A program made the position numbers and the translations under genes. Positions 17,286 to 25,651 of a DNA stretch of 64,000 bases are shown here, piece after piece; within the stretch, counting starts at the first letter, position 1, and every line of letters starts with the position of its first letter. The notes beneath the pieces are model-generated. The model was not told where the DNA came from. It made no database searches and worked only from the letters and a program-made list of their open reading frames with translations. Origin of the DNA: Synergistota bacterium (GTDB lineage: Bacteria; Synergistota; Synergistia; Synergistales; Synergistaceae); contig JAXQGB010000006.1 in NCBI GenBank assembly GCA_034331105.1, forward strand, positions 40,034 to 104,033. Reading direction: 5' to 3'.

Positions 17286-18278
17286 TTATTTCTGTACTTT
17301 TTTGATTATTTCCATAAGATCCTTGCCGAGATCCTTTTCGAACATCGGGTAGACCTTGGCTGTCGCTTCTACAAAGGGTTTCTTTTCTTCAGCTGTAAGG
17401 GAGTTTGCTTTCATTCCGGCCTTGATTACTTTTTCCTTGAATGCGCCTTCCTCTTTTTCCATAAGCTGACGCTGTTTTGCTGTGGCGTCCTTGGCAGCCT
17501 TTACTACGAGCTTGTTGAGGTCTGCGGGGAGTTTTTCCATGAATTTCTTGTTTGCGATGAGGATCTCGTAGGAGAAGACATGTCCTGTCTCGGAAACAAA
17601 CTTCTGTACTTCGTAGAATTTACCGTCGTCGATCATTGCATAGGGGTTTTCCTGTGCGTCAACAGTTCCCTGCTGCAGAGCGGTATAGAGTTCGCCCCAG
17701 CTCATGGGTGTGGGGTTGGCTCCAAGTGCCTTGAAGAATGCGAGGTGCATCGGGTTTTCCATCGTACGGATCTTCAGCCCTTTGAGGTCTGCAGGGCTCT
17801 TAATGGGTTTCTTGCTGTTGGTGACGTGGCGGAATCCGTTCTCCTGGTAGCCGAGGATAAGGATGCCTTTGGCAGCCAGGAAGCCGTTGAGTTTTTCTCC
17901 GAGAATACCGTCTACTGCTTCAAATGCTGCCTTTCTGGTGGTGAAGAGATAGGGCAGGTCGAGAGCCTGGATCCTCTTGTCAAATCCTGCGAGAGGTGAT
18001 GAAGAGGGAATAGCCATCTGAATTGTACCCATCTGTACCCCTTCTGAAAGCTCACGGTCGCCACCCAGCTGTCCGTTGGGATAGAGCTCTACCTTGATCC
18101 TACCCTTTGAGCCCTCTTCGACCTGTTTCACGAAGACTTCTTTCATTGCCTTCATTGTCGGGTGCGAATCAGAACCGATGTAACCAACCTTGATAGTGTA
18201 TTCCGGAGCCGCGAAAGCGGTGCCTGCGAATACTGCTACTACTAAAATTACCATAAATACTGACAAAAGCTTCTTCAT
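17286..18278 (-). CDS. dctP: TRAP transporter substrate-binding protein
   Basis: Signal peptide MKKLLSVFMVILVVAVFAGTAFA. DctP-type body (KVGYIGSDSHP..., ELYPNGQLGGDRE). Confidence 0.9.
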   Translation of the reverse strand: MKKLLSVFMVILVVAVFAGTAFAAPEYTIKVGYIGSDSHPTMKAMKEVFVKQVEEGSKGRIKVELYPNGQLGGDRELSEGVQMGTIQMAIPSSSPLAGFDKRIQALDLPYLFTTRKAAFEAVDGILGEKLNGFLAAKGILILGYQENGFRHVTNSKKPIKSPADLKGLKIRTMENPMHLAFFKALGANPTPMSWGELYTALQQGTVDAQENPYAMIDDGKFYEVQKFVSETGHVFSYEILIANKKFMEKLPADLNKLVVKAAKDATAKQRQLMEKEEGAFKEKVIKAGMKANSLTAEEKKPFVEATAKVYPMFEKDLGKDLMEIIKKVQK

Positions 18279-18321
18279 TTGCTGTTTCCCCCTTTGATTT
18301 TTTGCTTATTACAGAATTATA

Positions 18322-18343
18322 GAAAACGCCCTTTATCGGGCGT
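18322..18343 (-). terminator. Weak hairpin between the AcnX genes and dctP
   Basis: Stem ACGCCC / GGGCGT followed by TTTTCT on the minus strand. Confidence 0.35.
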
Positions 18344-18354
18344 AACTACCTGAT

Positions 18355-18783
18355 TTATGCCTGTTTATTCTTCCTCACGCGGATCTCGCCCTTGTCTGCA
18401 TCGACCTCTACGTAGTCACCGTCAGCGATGGCGTCATATGGATCTGCCTCCATGCGGTCGACCATCGTGCATTCTACCATAACAGCAGATGATACTATAA
18501 CCGGTTCTGTGTCGATGAGAATTATCGCAGCCGGGAGATTGTTCTTCACCCAGAGCTGATAGAAACCGTCGACCTGTACAACGGAGCTGCCCTTGCCTGA
18601 TTTGAGCACGAGTATCTTGTTTGCAATGCTTTTGCCGTGTATCGAATGATTTCTTTCGATGACAGTGCCTGTCTCGGGGTCGGTCAGGTAGAAACACATC
18701 GCGTCAGTGGAGACGACAGCCTCTCCGCATGCGCTGCCCTTTACTATCTTGCGGCACTTATAGACCTTCATATCCTCAGACAT
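18355..18783 (-). CDS. Aconitase X swivel-domain subunit (DUF126)
   Basis: MSEDMKVYKCRKIVKGSACGEAVVS...ILVLKSGKGSSV...LPAAIIL. The start at 18783 forms a TAATG overlap with the large-subunit stop; the upstream extension in the ORF track is rejected. Confidence 0.75.
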   Translation of the reverse strand: MSEDMKVYKCRKIVKGSACGEAVVSTDAMCFYLTDPETGTVIERNHSIHGKSIANKILVLKSGKGSSVVQVDGFYQLWVKNNLPAAIILIDTEPVIVSSAVMVECTMVDRMEADPYDAIADGDYVEVDADKGEIRVRKNKQA

Positions 18784-20000
18784 TAGTCCAGCCTCCCTTT
18801 TATTGCTGCCTCGACACACTCTGAAAGTCTGCGGATAGCGAATGGCTGTCCGCGGCGCTCCCTGTAGTATGCGCACTTAGGAGAGTCTGTCACTCCAAGG
18901 CTGCCTTCGAATGACTTCCAGCAAGGTTCGTCGATGCAGGTGTTTCCGACCATACGGACTCCCAGGAGCTCCAGCTTCTGGCGGAGGCGGGAACGCTCGG
19001 CAAGCTCAACGGCTCCGGATTCCGCAAGGATCCAAAAGGCGGTGTTGTGACTGACTTTCCTCCCGGCGAAGAGCCTTTCGATTTCAAGGATCTGGCTGTA
19101 TGTGTAGTGGGGGCAGCCAAGCATTACCAGGTTGATGTCACCTGTAGCTGCTGTGAGTTTTGTCTCCTGATCTTTCAGTGTTTTGTTGGTTATAAGTGCT
19201 GTGGGGGCCGGAACTTTTTTGCCGCCGAAAGCTGCTTCGAGCGTTGGTGCCTCAGGCGTTATGCCCACCATGTGATACATCGCCACGGCTCCGCTTGTCG
19301 CGGCCTCGGCTCCGAAGTAAAGGAAGTCTTCCTGCGAGGGAATCACCTTGTTTTTGAATACAAGGACAGGGTCAAGCGATCCTGCCATCTCTCCGATGCA
19401 GTGACCGAGGATGCCCCAGTCGTAGGATTCGCTGAGTTCTGCATCGACTTCAATAAGAATGTCGCCGTGCCTGTTTTCGTCGAGGTGGTATCCGTAATAA
19501 GGGGTCTTTCCGACAACTGCGGCAGCAAGTGCGCTTATTGATGACTCACGGTTTGAGCGTGCGCCCAGGGCGCCGTTGACGTATGGAGTTGCGCTTGACT
19601 CCGAAAATGCTATGTGCTCTCCAAAAAAGGGAACGTTGGAGCATACTCCGGGAGCGCAGTGGTATGTCAGTATCGCGCCTATCTTGCGGTATGCTTCACC
19701 TGTGCGGTTAGCGAGATCGAGTTCCTCTTTTGTAACGTCGTAGAATTTGGTAAGGTAATCAGTGTCCCAGTAAGGGTTGGTCGTTGGCGGAACAGCGCAG
19801 GTGGCGCCTCCCCCGACAAGGAGCTCGCACCAGTAGGTGTCGCCCTCCTGTCCGCTTAGCGCGACATGAGCGCGCTTTATCGGGATCAGCTTTTCCGCGT
19901 CGAAGGTGAGCCCGAGCGCATAGAGCATTTCCATTGCTTTCTGCTTTCCGGCGCCTTCAGCTCCGTCAAGTATCCGTTTCTCTTCATCTGTAAGAAACAT
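18783..20000 (-). CDS. Aconitase X catalytic subunit (DUF521)
   Basis: MFLTDEEKRILDGAEGAGKQKAMEMLYALG N-terminus. 405 aa, paired with a DUF126 gene. Confidence 0.8.
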   Translation of the reverse strand: MFLTDEEKRILDGAEGAGKQKAMEMLYALGLTFDAEKLIPIKRAHVALSGQEGDTYWCELLVGGGATCAVPPTTNPYWDTDYLTKFYDVTKEELDLANRTGEAYRKIGAILTYHCAPGVCSNVPFFGEHIAFSESSATPYVNGALGARSNRESSISALAAAVVGKTPYYGYHLDENRHGDILIEVDAELSESYDWGILGHCIGEMAGSLDPVLVFKNKVIPSQEDFLYFGAEAATSGAVAMYHMVGITPEAPTLEAAFGGKKVPAPTALITNKTLKDQETKLTAATGDINLVMLGCPHYTYSQILEIERLFAGRKVSHNTAFWILAESGAVELAERSRLRQKLELLGVRMVGNTCIDEPCWKSFEGSLGVTDSPKCAYYRERRGQPFAIRRLSECVEAAIKGRLD

Positions 20001-20020
20001 AGTCAGCCGCCTTTCTTGTC

Positions 20021-21310
20021 TTAAATATTTTCGATGACCGGCAGTGAAATGCCGCCCTTAGGAATAATGCCTATAGTAGCTCCGGGGATCAGACGCATTG
20101 CTTCATCAAGTGCAGCCTGAACTGTGGGGAATGGCGTGTACTGCATCGCGGCAAGGTCTTCTTTGCTCAGGCCGTCAGAGACGCAGAATATTTTTGCCTT
20201 GTCCCTGGCCCGGCAGTTGCAGACAGAAAGCACTGCAGAGACCATGTCAGCATCGACATCTTCAGGGGAAGCCGCAGCCAGCCTTCTGAGGACCTCGTCC
20301 ATGGGCAGAGACAGCCACTCCCTGAAACGGGGATGGTTGTGTGCCAGGCCTTCTGTGCAGGGGGCAGCGAATATCATGACACCGCCCTCTTTTACTGCGA
20401 AATATGCACAGCTTGTGCCTTTGCAGGCCTGCCAATAGTCCATGTCTGAGGGTGAGGAGCTTACGATTACGATATCTGCTGGTTCCGGCACACTTATACT
20501 GTAGGATCTTTTTGCAAGCTTTACTCCCTCTCTGTGGGCCTTGATGAAATCTCCTGCGAATATCCCGGCGATCTCTCCATCATAGTTCTTTACAGTGTTG
20601 ACGATAAAGGCAAGCCCTGCGATCTTTGCGACCTCTTCCATTCCCATGCGGCATGGATTGCCGTCTGCCATCCCGAGTGGTATGTCCGGGCAGAAGCCTG
20701 CGGCAGCGTGGGTTGCTGATGTCGTAACGAAGTCACAGACTCCCGGCTGAAGTATCTTTGCGCCGCCCGAATAGCCGGCATCGCAGTGCGGAACGATATT
20801 CCCTATGCCGACAAGGAGGTCTGCCCCCAGTGCGTATTTATTTACGTGTACAGGGATCTTATAATCACCGGCGGCTACTGTTCCGAGATCCATCATGTCT
20901 TCGCTCACGGTTGCATCGTGCTGTACAATTTTGAAGCGCCTTATCATTTCAGGACCGAGTTTTTCGAGTATCTCTTCGTTGGTCATGAGCCTGTGGGTGC
21001 CGGGAGCTGTGAGGAAACTCATAGCGCTGTCCGGAACACCGTTTTCGTTCAGGTAGTCTGTAATGATAGGCATGATTATGTGGAGAGGGGTGCTTCTGGT
21101 GTTGTCCTCGACCAAAAATACAATATCTTTTTTGCCCCTGGCGAGGTCTTTGAGTGAGGGTTTTCCAATAGGCGATTCAAGCGCGGAAATAAGAGCGCTT
21201 TTCAAATCCCTGAGACCGGGAATGCTGGTCATCTTTCCTTCGAATATGACAGATCCTTCCGGTGCCTCAAAATATTCTTTCCTGTCTCCGTATGGTATGT
21301 CGTATCTCAT
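20021..21310 (-). CDS. LarA-like (DUF2088) nickel-pincer-dependent hydroxyacid racemase/epimerase family protein
   Basis: N-terminal IVFLVEDNTRSTP...APGTHRLMTNEE and GNIVPHCDAGYSGGAKILQPG (His and Lys context as in LarA). Confidence 0.7.
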   Translation of the reverse strand: MRYDIPYGDRKEYFEAPEGSVIFEGKMTSIPGLRDLKSALISALESPIGKPSLKDLARGKKDIVFLVEDNTRSTPLHIIMPIITDYLNENGVPDSAMSFLTAPGTHRLMTNEEILEKLGPEMIRRFKIVQHDATVSEDMMDLGTVAAGDYKIPVHVNKYALGADLLVGIGNIVPHCDAGYSGGAKILQPGVCDFVTTSATHAAAGFCPDIPLGMADGNPCRMGMEEVAKIAGLAFIVNTVKNYDGEIAGIFAGDFIKAHREGVKLAKRSYSISVPEPADIVIVSSSPSDMDYWQACKGTSCAYFAVKEGGVMIFAAPCTEGLAHNHPRFREWLSLPMDEVLRRLAAASPEDVDADMVSAVLSVCNCRARDKAKIFCVSDGLSKEDLAAMQYTPFPTVQAALDEAMRLIPGATIGIIPKGGISLPVIENI

Positions 21311-21331
21311 CAGATATGCCCTTTCATGGCA

Positions 21332-21349
21332 TGTGACTTGTGTGTCACA
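21332..21349. promoter_or_regulatory. Inverted repeat TGTGAC-N6-GTCACA in the LarA-like gene leader
   Basis: Read directly from the sequence, 22 nt upstream of the start codon at 21310. Confidence 0.3.
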
Positions 21350-21360
21350 AGTATGTAGTC

Positions 21361-21368
21361 TGTATACA
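21361..21368. promoter_or_regulatory. Candidate GntR-family operator (palindrome TGTATACA), copy 1
   Basis: Perfect palindrome within cTGTATACAt. Fits the GntR/FadR-type t.GT-N-AC.a pattern. Lies in the divergent intergenic region. Confidence 0.35.
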
Positions 21369-21617
21369 TGTAAAGATTATACCATTCCGTTTTGGCGTTA
21401 CCTTAATGAATAGACCGACTGATAAAAATGTTTGTCTAAATATGTGTGCATAATAGTATCTGCTAATATTTATGTCAACTCTGAAATTTGTGAACTCTCT
21501 TATATCAAAGGTTCAGCCTGTAAACAGATTTTTTCCCACCGATCCGGCCGGATGTAGGATATTGCTGGTCATTCAATGAGATATATGGACAAAAATGTGA
21601 TAAAGATGTATGTTTGC

Positions 21618-21625
21618 TGTATACA
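21618..21625. promoter_or_regulatory. Candidate GntR-family operator (palindrome TGTATACA), copy 2
   Basis: The same 10-mer cTGTATACAt, 30 nt upstream of the GntR start codon. Confidence 0.35.
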
Positions 21626-21654
21626 TATAAGTAAAATTAATGGAGGGTGTCATA

Positions 21655-22311
21655 ATGCATGACCGCGAAAAGGCCAGCTGGACTAAAGCTTACGAGTGGA
21701 TCCGTGACGCTATAGAATCAGGCGAGATAGAGATGGGGGCTCCATTGCCCGAAAACCAGCTTGCCAGGGAGATAGGAGTCAGCAGAACACCTATCCGTGA
21801 AGCCCTGCGCAGCTTGGAACAGGACGGATACGTTAAGATAATTCCCCAAAAAGGCGCATTTGTATCAGAAATATCCCTCGAGGATCTTAAAGAGATATAT
21901 GACATCCGCAAACTGCTGGAACCCTTCGCGGCTCTTTCAGCGGTAAACAGGATCCCGGAAGAAGAGATAGACGAGATGGAGAAAGGCTGGAAAGCCCTCA
22001 AAAAGGCTGCGCTTGCAGGAGAGGTAGACCTGACACGTGTCTCTGAGATGGATCTGCTGCTCCATATGACGATCACCAAATATGCGACCAATAAGAGGAT
22101 CGGTGCCATCATAACAACATACCACGCCCAGATAAAGCGCTTCCAGAAGCTTTCTGCGCAGTCACTTTCCAACATACATGAAACTATAGGCCAACACCTT
22201 GAGATACTGGAAAAATTGCGTGAGAGGGATGCCAGGGGCCTCTCATCTCTGCTCTACGAACATATCGCAAAAAGCGAGAGCAATATAATGAAAGATTATT
22301 TTCTTAAGTAA
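21655..22311 (+). CDS. GntR family transcriptional regulator (FadR/FCD type)
   Basis: wHTH LPENQLAREIGVSRTPIREALRSLEQDGYV plus a helical C-terminal domain. ATG at 21655 lies 6 nt after GGAGGG. Confidence 0.85.
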   Translation: MHDREKASWTKAYEWIRDAIESGEIEMGAPLPENQLAREIGVSRTPIREALRSLEQDGYVKIIPQKGAFVSEISLEDLKEIYDIRKLLEPFAALSAVNRIPEEEIDEMEKGWKALKKAALAGEVDLTRVSEMDLLLHMTITKYATNKRIGAIITTYHAQIKRFQKLSAQSLSNIHETIGQHLEILEKLRERDARGLSSLLYEHIAKSESNIMKDYFLK

Positions 22312-22338
22312 ATAAGATAGCCGGAGGAAAATATCATT

Positions 22339-24018
22339 ATGAAATTCAGAAGTTCCGAAATACTTTCAGATCCGGTGTTTACAGAAAACAGGGCTCTTTA
22401 TAAATCCATGGGCTTCTCTGACGAAGACCTAAAAGGTCCGCTGATAGGGATAGCAAACTCATGGAACGATCTGGTGCCCGGACATTACAACCTCAGGAAC
22501 CTTGCCGATTTCGTCAAAAAAGGAATTTACAGGGCAGGCGGCATGGCGGTCGAGTTTGGCGTAATAGCCGCCTGTGACGGACAGTCATGCGGACATAACG
22601 GCATGAAATACATACTCCCCACCAGAGACCTTATAGCATGCGACATCGAAGCAATGGCGGAAGCCCACAGGCTTGACGGCATTGTTATGCTTGGATCCTG
22701 CGACAAGATAGTTCCGGGCATGCTGATGGCGGCCGCCAGGCTGGGCATTCCGGCGATATTGCTTGTTGGCGGACCGATGGCCGGAGGCGTTTCTTTTGAC
22801 GGACGCAAAAGCGACTCCACCTCTGTATCGGAGGCCGTGGGAATGCTGAGCGCCGGACGGATCACCAAAGAGACTTTATCAATGCTTGAAGACAACGCAG
22901 CACCCTCATGCGGTTCATGCTCATACTACGGTACCGCCAACTCGATGGGCTGTGCGGCAGAGGCAATGGGAATGTCCCTCCCGGGATCGGCCCTGATCCC
23001 GGCTACAAGCGCTGCCCGCTCCAGGGCAGCGGAGGAGACGGGGAAAAAGATCGTAGAACTTGTCAGGCAAGGACTCACAGCGCATGACATCATTACGAAA
23101 GACTCCCTTGAAAACACCGCGAAGATAATGGTCGCGACAGGCGGCTCGACTAACTGCTTCATACACCTTTCAGCCATAGGGAATGAGATTGGCATAGCTC
23201 CCGGGACCATGATAGATATTTACGACAGGGCGAGTCAAAATATCCCGTCTGTCGCCATGGTAAATCCTGCCTCAGAGTACGATATGGAGGACTTCTACCG
23301 CGCCGGAGGCATCCCGCAGGTCATGAAGGAACTGAGGGACGAGGTCGACCTCTCTTGCATGACTGTAAGCGGAAAAAGCCTCGGCGAGAACCTTGAGAAG
23401 ATGTCAAGTCCTTTAGGAGTTGACCGGCGTGTGATCCGCACCAAGGAAGATCCTTTCTGCAAATCTGGCGGTCTGGCAGTGATGCGGGGGAACCTCGCTC
23501 CGGGGACAGGGATCACAAAACCCATCGCAATGGATCCGTCGATGTACCATTTTTCCGGACCTGCAAGAGTCTTTGACTGTGAAGAAGATGCGAACCGGGC
23601 TATCCTTGACGGGAATATAAAAGAGGGCGATGTCCTTGTCATCCGTTACGAGGGCCCGAAAGGCGGCCCCGGAATGCGTGAAATGTATTTTGCCATGAAA
23701 CTGCTTTACGGCAGGGGCCTTGCAAAAAAGACCGCGATAATTACAGACGGCCGTTTCTCCGGAACCAACAACGGCTGCTTTGTCGGCCACATATCCCCCG
23801 AAGCCGCTGAAGGTGGCCCCATAGCCGCAGTCAGGGACGGAGACATCATCACCATAGATGTTGAAAATAAAAAACTGGATGTAGACCTCTCTCCCGAGGA
23901 GCTTGAAGCCCGCCTAAAAGATTGGAAAAGACCTCCTCAGAAGGAACTGAAAGGCATCCTGGGCATATACGCAAAACTCGCTGCCTCAGCAGCAGAAGGC
24001 GGAATGATGAAAGTCTAG
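22339..24018 (+). CDS. IlvD/Edd family dehydratase (dihydroxy-acid or sugar-acid dehydratase)
   Basis: 559 aa with GIANSWNDLVPGH, GSCDKIVPGMLMAA, ITDGRFSG motifs. The context suggests a sugar/hydroxy-acid substrate rather than branched-chain amino acid biosynthesis. Confidence 0.85.
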   Translation: MKFRSSEILSDPVFTENRALYKSMGFSDEDLKGPLIGIANSWNDLVPGHYNLRNLADFVKKGIYRAGGMAVEFGVIAACDGQSCGHNGMKYILPTRDLIACDIEAMAEAHRLDGIVMLGSCDKIVPGMLMAAARLGIPAILLVGGPMAGGVSFDGRKSDSTSVSEAVGMLSAGRITKETLSMLEDNAAPSCGSCSYYGTANSMGCAAEAMGMSLPGSALIPATSAARSRAAEETGKKIVELVRQGLTAHDIITKDSLENTAKIMVATGGSTNCFIHLSAIGNEIGIAPGTMIDIYDRASQNIPSVAMVNPASEYDMEDFYRAGGIPQVMKELRDEVDLSCMTVSGKSLGENLEKMSSPLGVDRRVIRTKEDPFCKSGGLAVMRGNLAPGTGITKPIAMDPSMYHFSGPARVFDCEEDANRAILDGNIKEGDVLVIRYEGPKGGPGMREMYFAMKLLYGRGLAKKTAIITDGRFSGTNNGCFVGHISPEAAEGGPIAAVRDGDIITIDVENKKLDVDLSPEELEARLKDWKRPPQKELKGILGIYAKLAASAAEGGMMKV

Positions 24019-24046
24019 TAATTTTACATAACTTGTAACGAGTAAA

Positions 24047-24085
24047 CAGCAAGCTCCGCAGGATCCTGCGGAGCTTGCTGTTTTT
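24047..24085 (+). terminator. Strong terminator after the dehydratase gene
   Basis: Perfect 34-nt palindrome CAGCAAGCTCCGCAGGATCCTGCGGAGCTTGCTG followed by TTTTT. Confidence 0.8.
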
Positions 24086-24224
24086 CCGGAACCGATGACA
24101 GTGCTAGGACCATACTTTCCCCCATAGCAGTTCGTATTTTAAGTATTTATACATATCGATGGATGTCGATGTTATAGTATATTGTTCTTGGAAATTAAAA
24201 GCAGTATTGCGGGGAGTGGTATAG

Positions 24225-24446
24225 ATGTGGTGGGGAACAGCAGCAAACGGATGCGGAATGCCATTTGGGATGTTTATGATGCCGTTGTTCTTTCTGATAA
24301 TAATGGGGATCCTCTTTTATACATTTAATCGCAGGATGAATGTGTTTGAGAACCATCGATCAGGAAGCTTCAGCGACAAAGATGATATATTGAAGGAATT
24401 GCGGGAGATAAAAGAAGAGCTCCGTGATTTGAAGAAAGACAGTTAA
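24225..24446 (+). CDS. Small membrane protein (one TM segment, charged helical tail)
   Basis: 73 aa. MPFGMFMMPLFFLIIMGILFY, then ...DILKELREIKEELRDLKK. Has its own terminator downstream. No family call. Confidence 0.4.
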   Translation: MWWGTAANGCGMPFGMFMMPLFFLIIMGILFYTFNRRMNVFENHRSGSFSDKDDILKELREIKEELRDLKKDS

Positions 24447-24451
24447 CAAAT

Positions 24452-24490
24452 AAGCGGCTTCAGGGGAACCATCCCCGAAGCCGCTTTCTG
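24452..24490 (+). terminator. Hairpin terminator after the small ORF
   Basis: Stem AAGCGGCTTC...GAAGCCGCTT with an inner AGGGG/CCCC(T) pairing; weak T tract. Confidence 0.55.
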
Positions 24491-24644
24491 ATAACTCGGA
24501 TCAAATGTCTATCAATTATGTTTTCAGGATCTTTCTAAAAATTGTGCCCCGAGTCCTGCACTTCTCGCAGAACCAAGCCTATTGTTTATGAAAATCATTC
24601 ATGCAGGATAGATTGTTGTAATATAAAAAGATCTCCTGATTATC

Positions 24645-25439
24645 TTATTCTGCAGGCAGTTCTTTTTTCTTGCGTGACTCCAACTGCTTAATGCTTTCTT
24701 GTGGAGTCGGTAAATTTTCGGGCATTTCGTTACCAAATTCAGCAATGGTTTTACGAATTTTTTTGCCGATTTCATAGTGTGTTTTATTGGCATCAGCCTT
24801 ATTATCAATTCTGACACGGCGAAGCTTCGCTTCTGTCTGAGTCGCTCTGAAGAGGTTGGCGGCAAGCTCTTCGCTTCCCATGTGATCAAGAATATCATGG
24901 CTTTTCTTAAGACCTTTATGTTCGTGGATATCCTGTTTTTTCATTCCGCCATAAAGACCTTGGTAGCCGTGGTTTTGGAAGATCGCATAATCTATGGGCT
25001 GAACAACTCCGGCTTGTTTTGCGGCTGATGCAAGGCCTTTATTATGTTCTTTGATCTCTGCTCTCAGCTTTAAACGTCTGTCATCTTCAACTTCCTGACG
25101 ACGGGTCTGCATGGCGAAATAGCTGTGTCCCAGTGCTACCACTTCTTTTCTGGGATCTGCGCTTTGAACGATAAGGTAACATGCAAACCTTGATAAATAT
25201 ACTGACCTTATTTGTCTTTGCGCATTCTTAGCGAGCTCGATCATTTCGGTGACGTTAACGAAATGATCGTCGACCTTCTGGTTACTGTTTATACACGCTA
25301 GTTTTGCTTTTTCAATTACTTCTTCAAAATTACGGTAGTCACTATATTCAAGAGCCTTTGACAGATTGCGGCTGCTCCAGAATTCAATTCCGTCAGGATC
25401 TGTCTGTTTGATATTTTCAAAGATGTTGATCTCAATCAG
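24645..25439 (-). CDS. dinD: DNA-damage-inducible protein D (DinD) family protein; start codon non-canonical
   Basis: ...LSRFACYLIVQSADP...YFAMQTRRQE...AIFQNHGYQGLYGG...GLKKSHDILDHMGSEELAANLFRATQTE...PTPQESIKQLE matches E. coli DinD as I remember it. The frame stays open upstream of the first ATG (25244) back to AAGGAGG at 25440-25446. Confidence 0.7.
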   Translation of the reverse strand: MIEINIFENIKQTDPDGIEFWSSRNLSKALEYSDYRNFEEVIEKAKLACINSNQKVDDHFVNVTEMIELAKNAQRQIRSVYLSRFACYLIVQSADPRKEVVALGHSYFAMQTRRQEVEDDRRLKLRAEIKEHNKGLASAAKQAGVVQPIDYAIFQNHGYQGLYGGMKKQDIHEHKGLKKSHDILDHMGSEELAANLFRATQTEAKLRRVRIDNKADANKTHYEIGKKIRKTIAEFGNEMPENLPTPQESIKQLESRKKKELPAE

Positions 25440-25651
25440 CCTCCTTTGTAAGAATCATTCCAAAATATTCTGATCTCGGACAATATCAATTACAATAATA
25501 ATTCAATTCTATCAAAAAGTAAACTTTATGCAACACTTTGTATGTGTTGCGGCGAATTTTGGGAAAGAGTCACGGGAAGTCGAAATTATGCAACATGCAG
25601 TAAGCCTTTTATTAAGGTCATCGCATGCTTTATACTGCCGAAACAGGACAA

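Noticed and set aside
17268-17999. 243-aa plus-strand ORF antisense to dctP
   Set aside because: It is embedded opposite a clear TRAP binding-protein gene. The translation (FFDYFHKILAEILFEH..., Cys/Phe-rich) has no family features, and its start overlaps the intercistronic hairpin.
18784-18876. 31-codon upstream extension of the AcnX small-subunit ORF
   Set aside because: It overlaps the end of the large-subunit gene. The ATG at 18783 gives a TAATG coupling junction and the expected DUF126 length of about 142 aa.
24645-25244. Reading dinD as a 199-aa truncated gene starting at the first ATG
   Set aside because: The frame stays open for 65 more codons upstream. That translation matches the DinD N-terminal domain, and a strong AAGGAGG sits at the upstream end. 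A non-canonical start is more likely than truncation, but this remains unproven.
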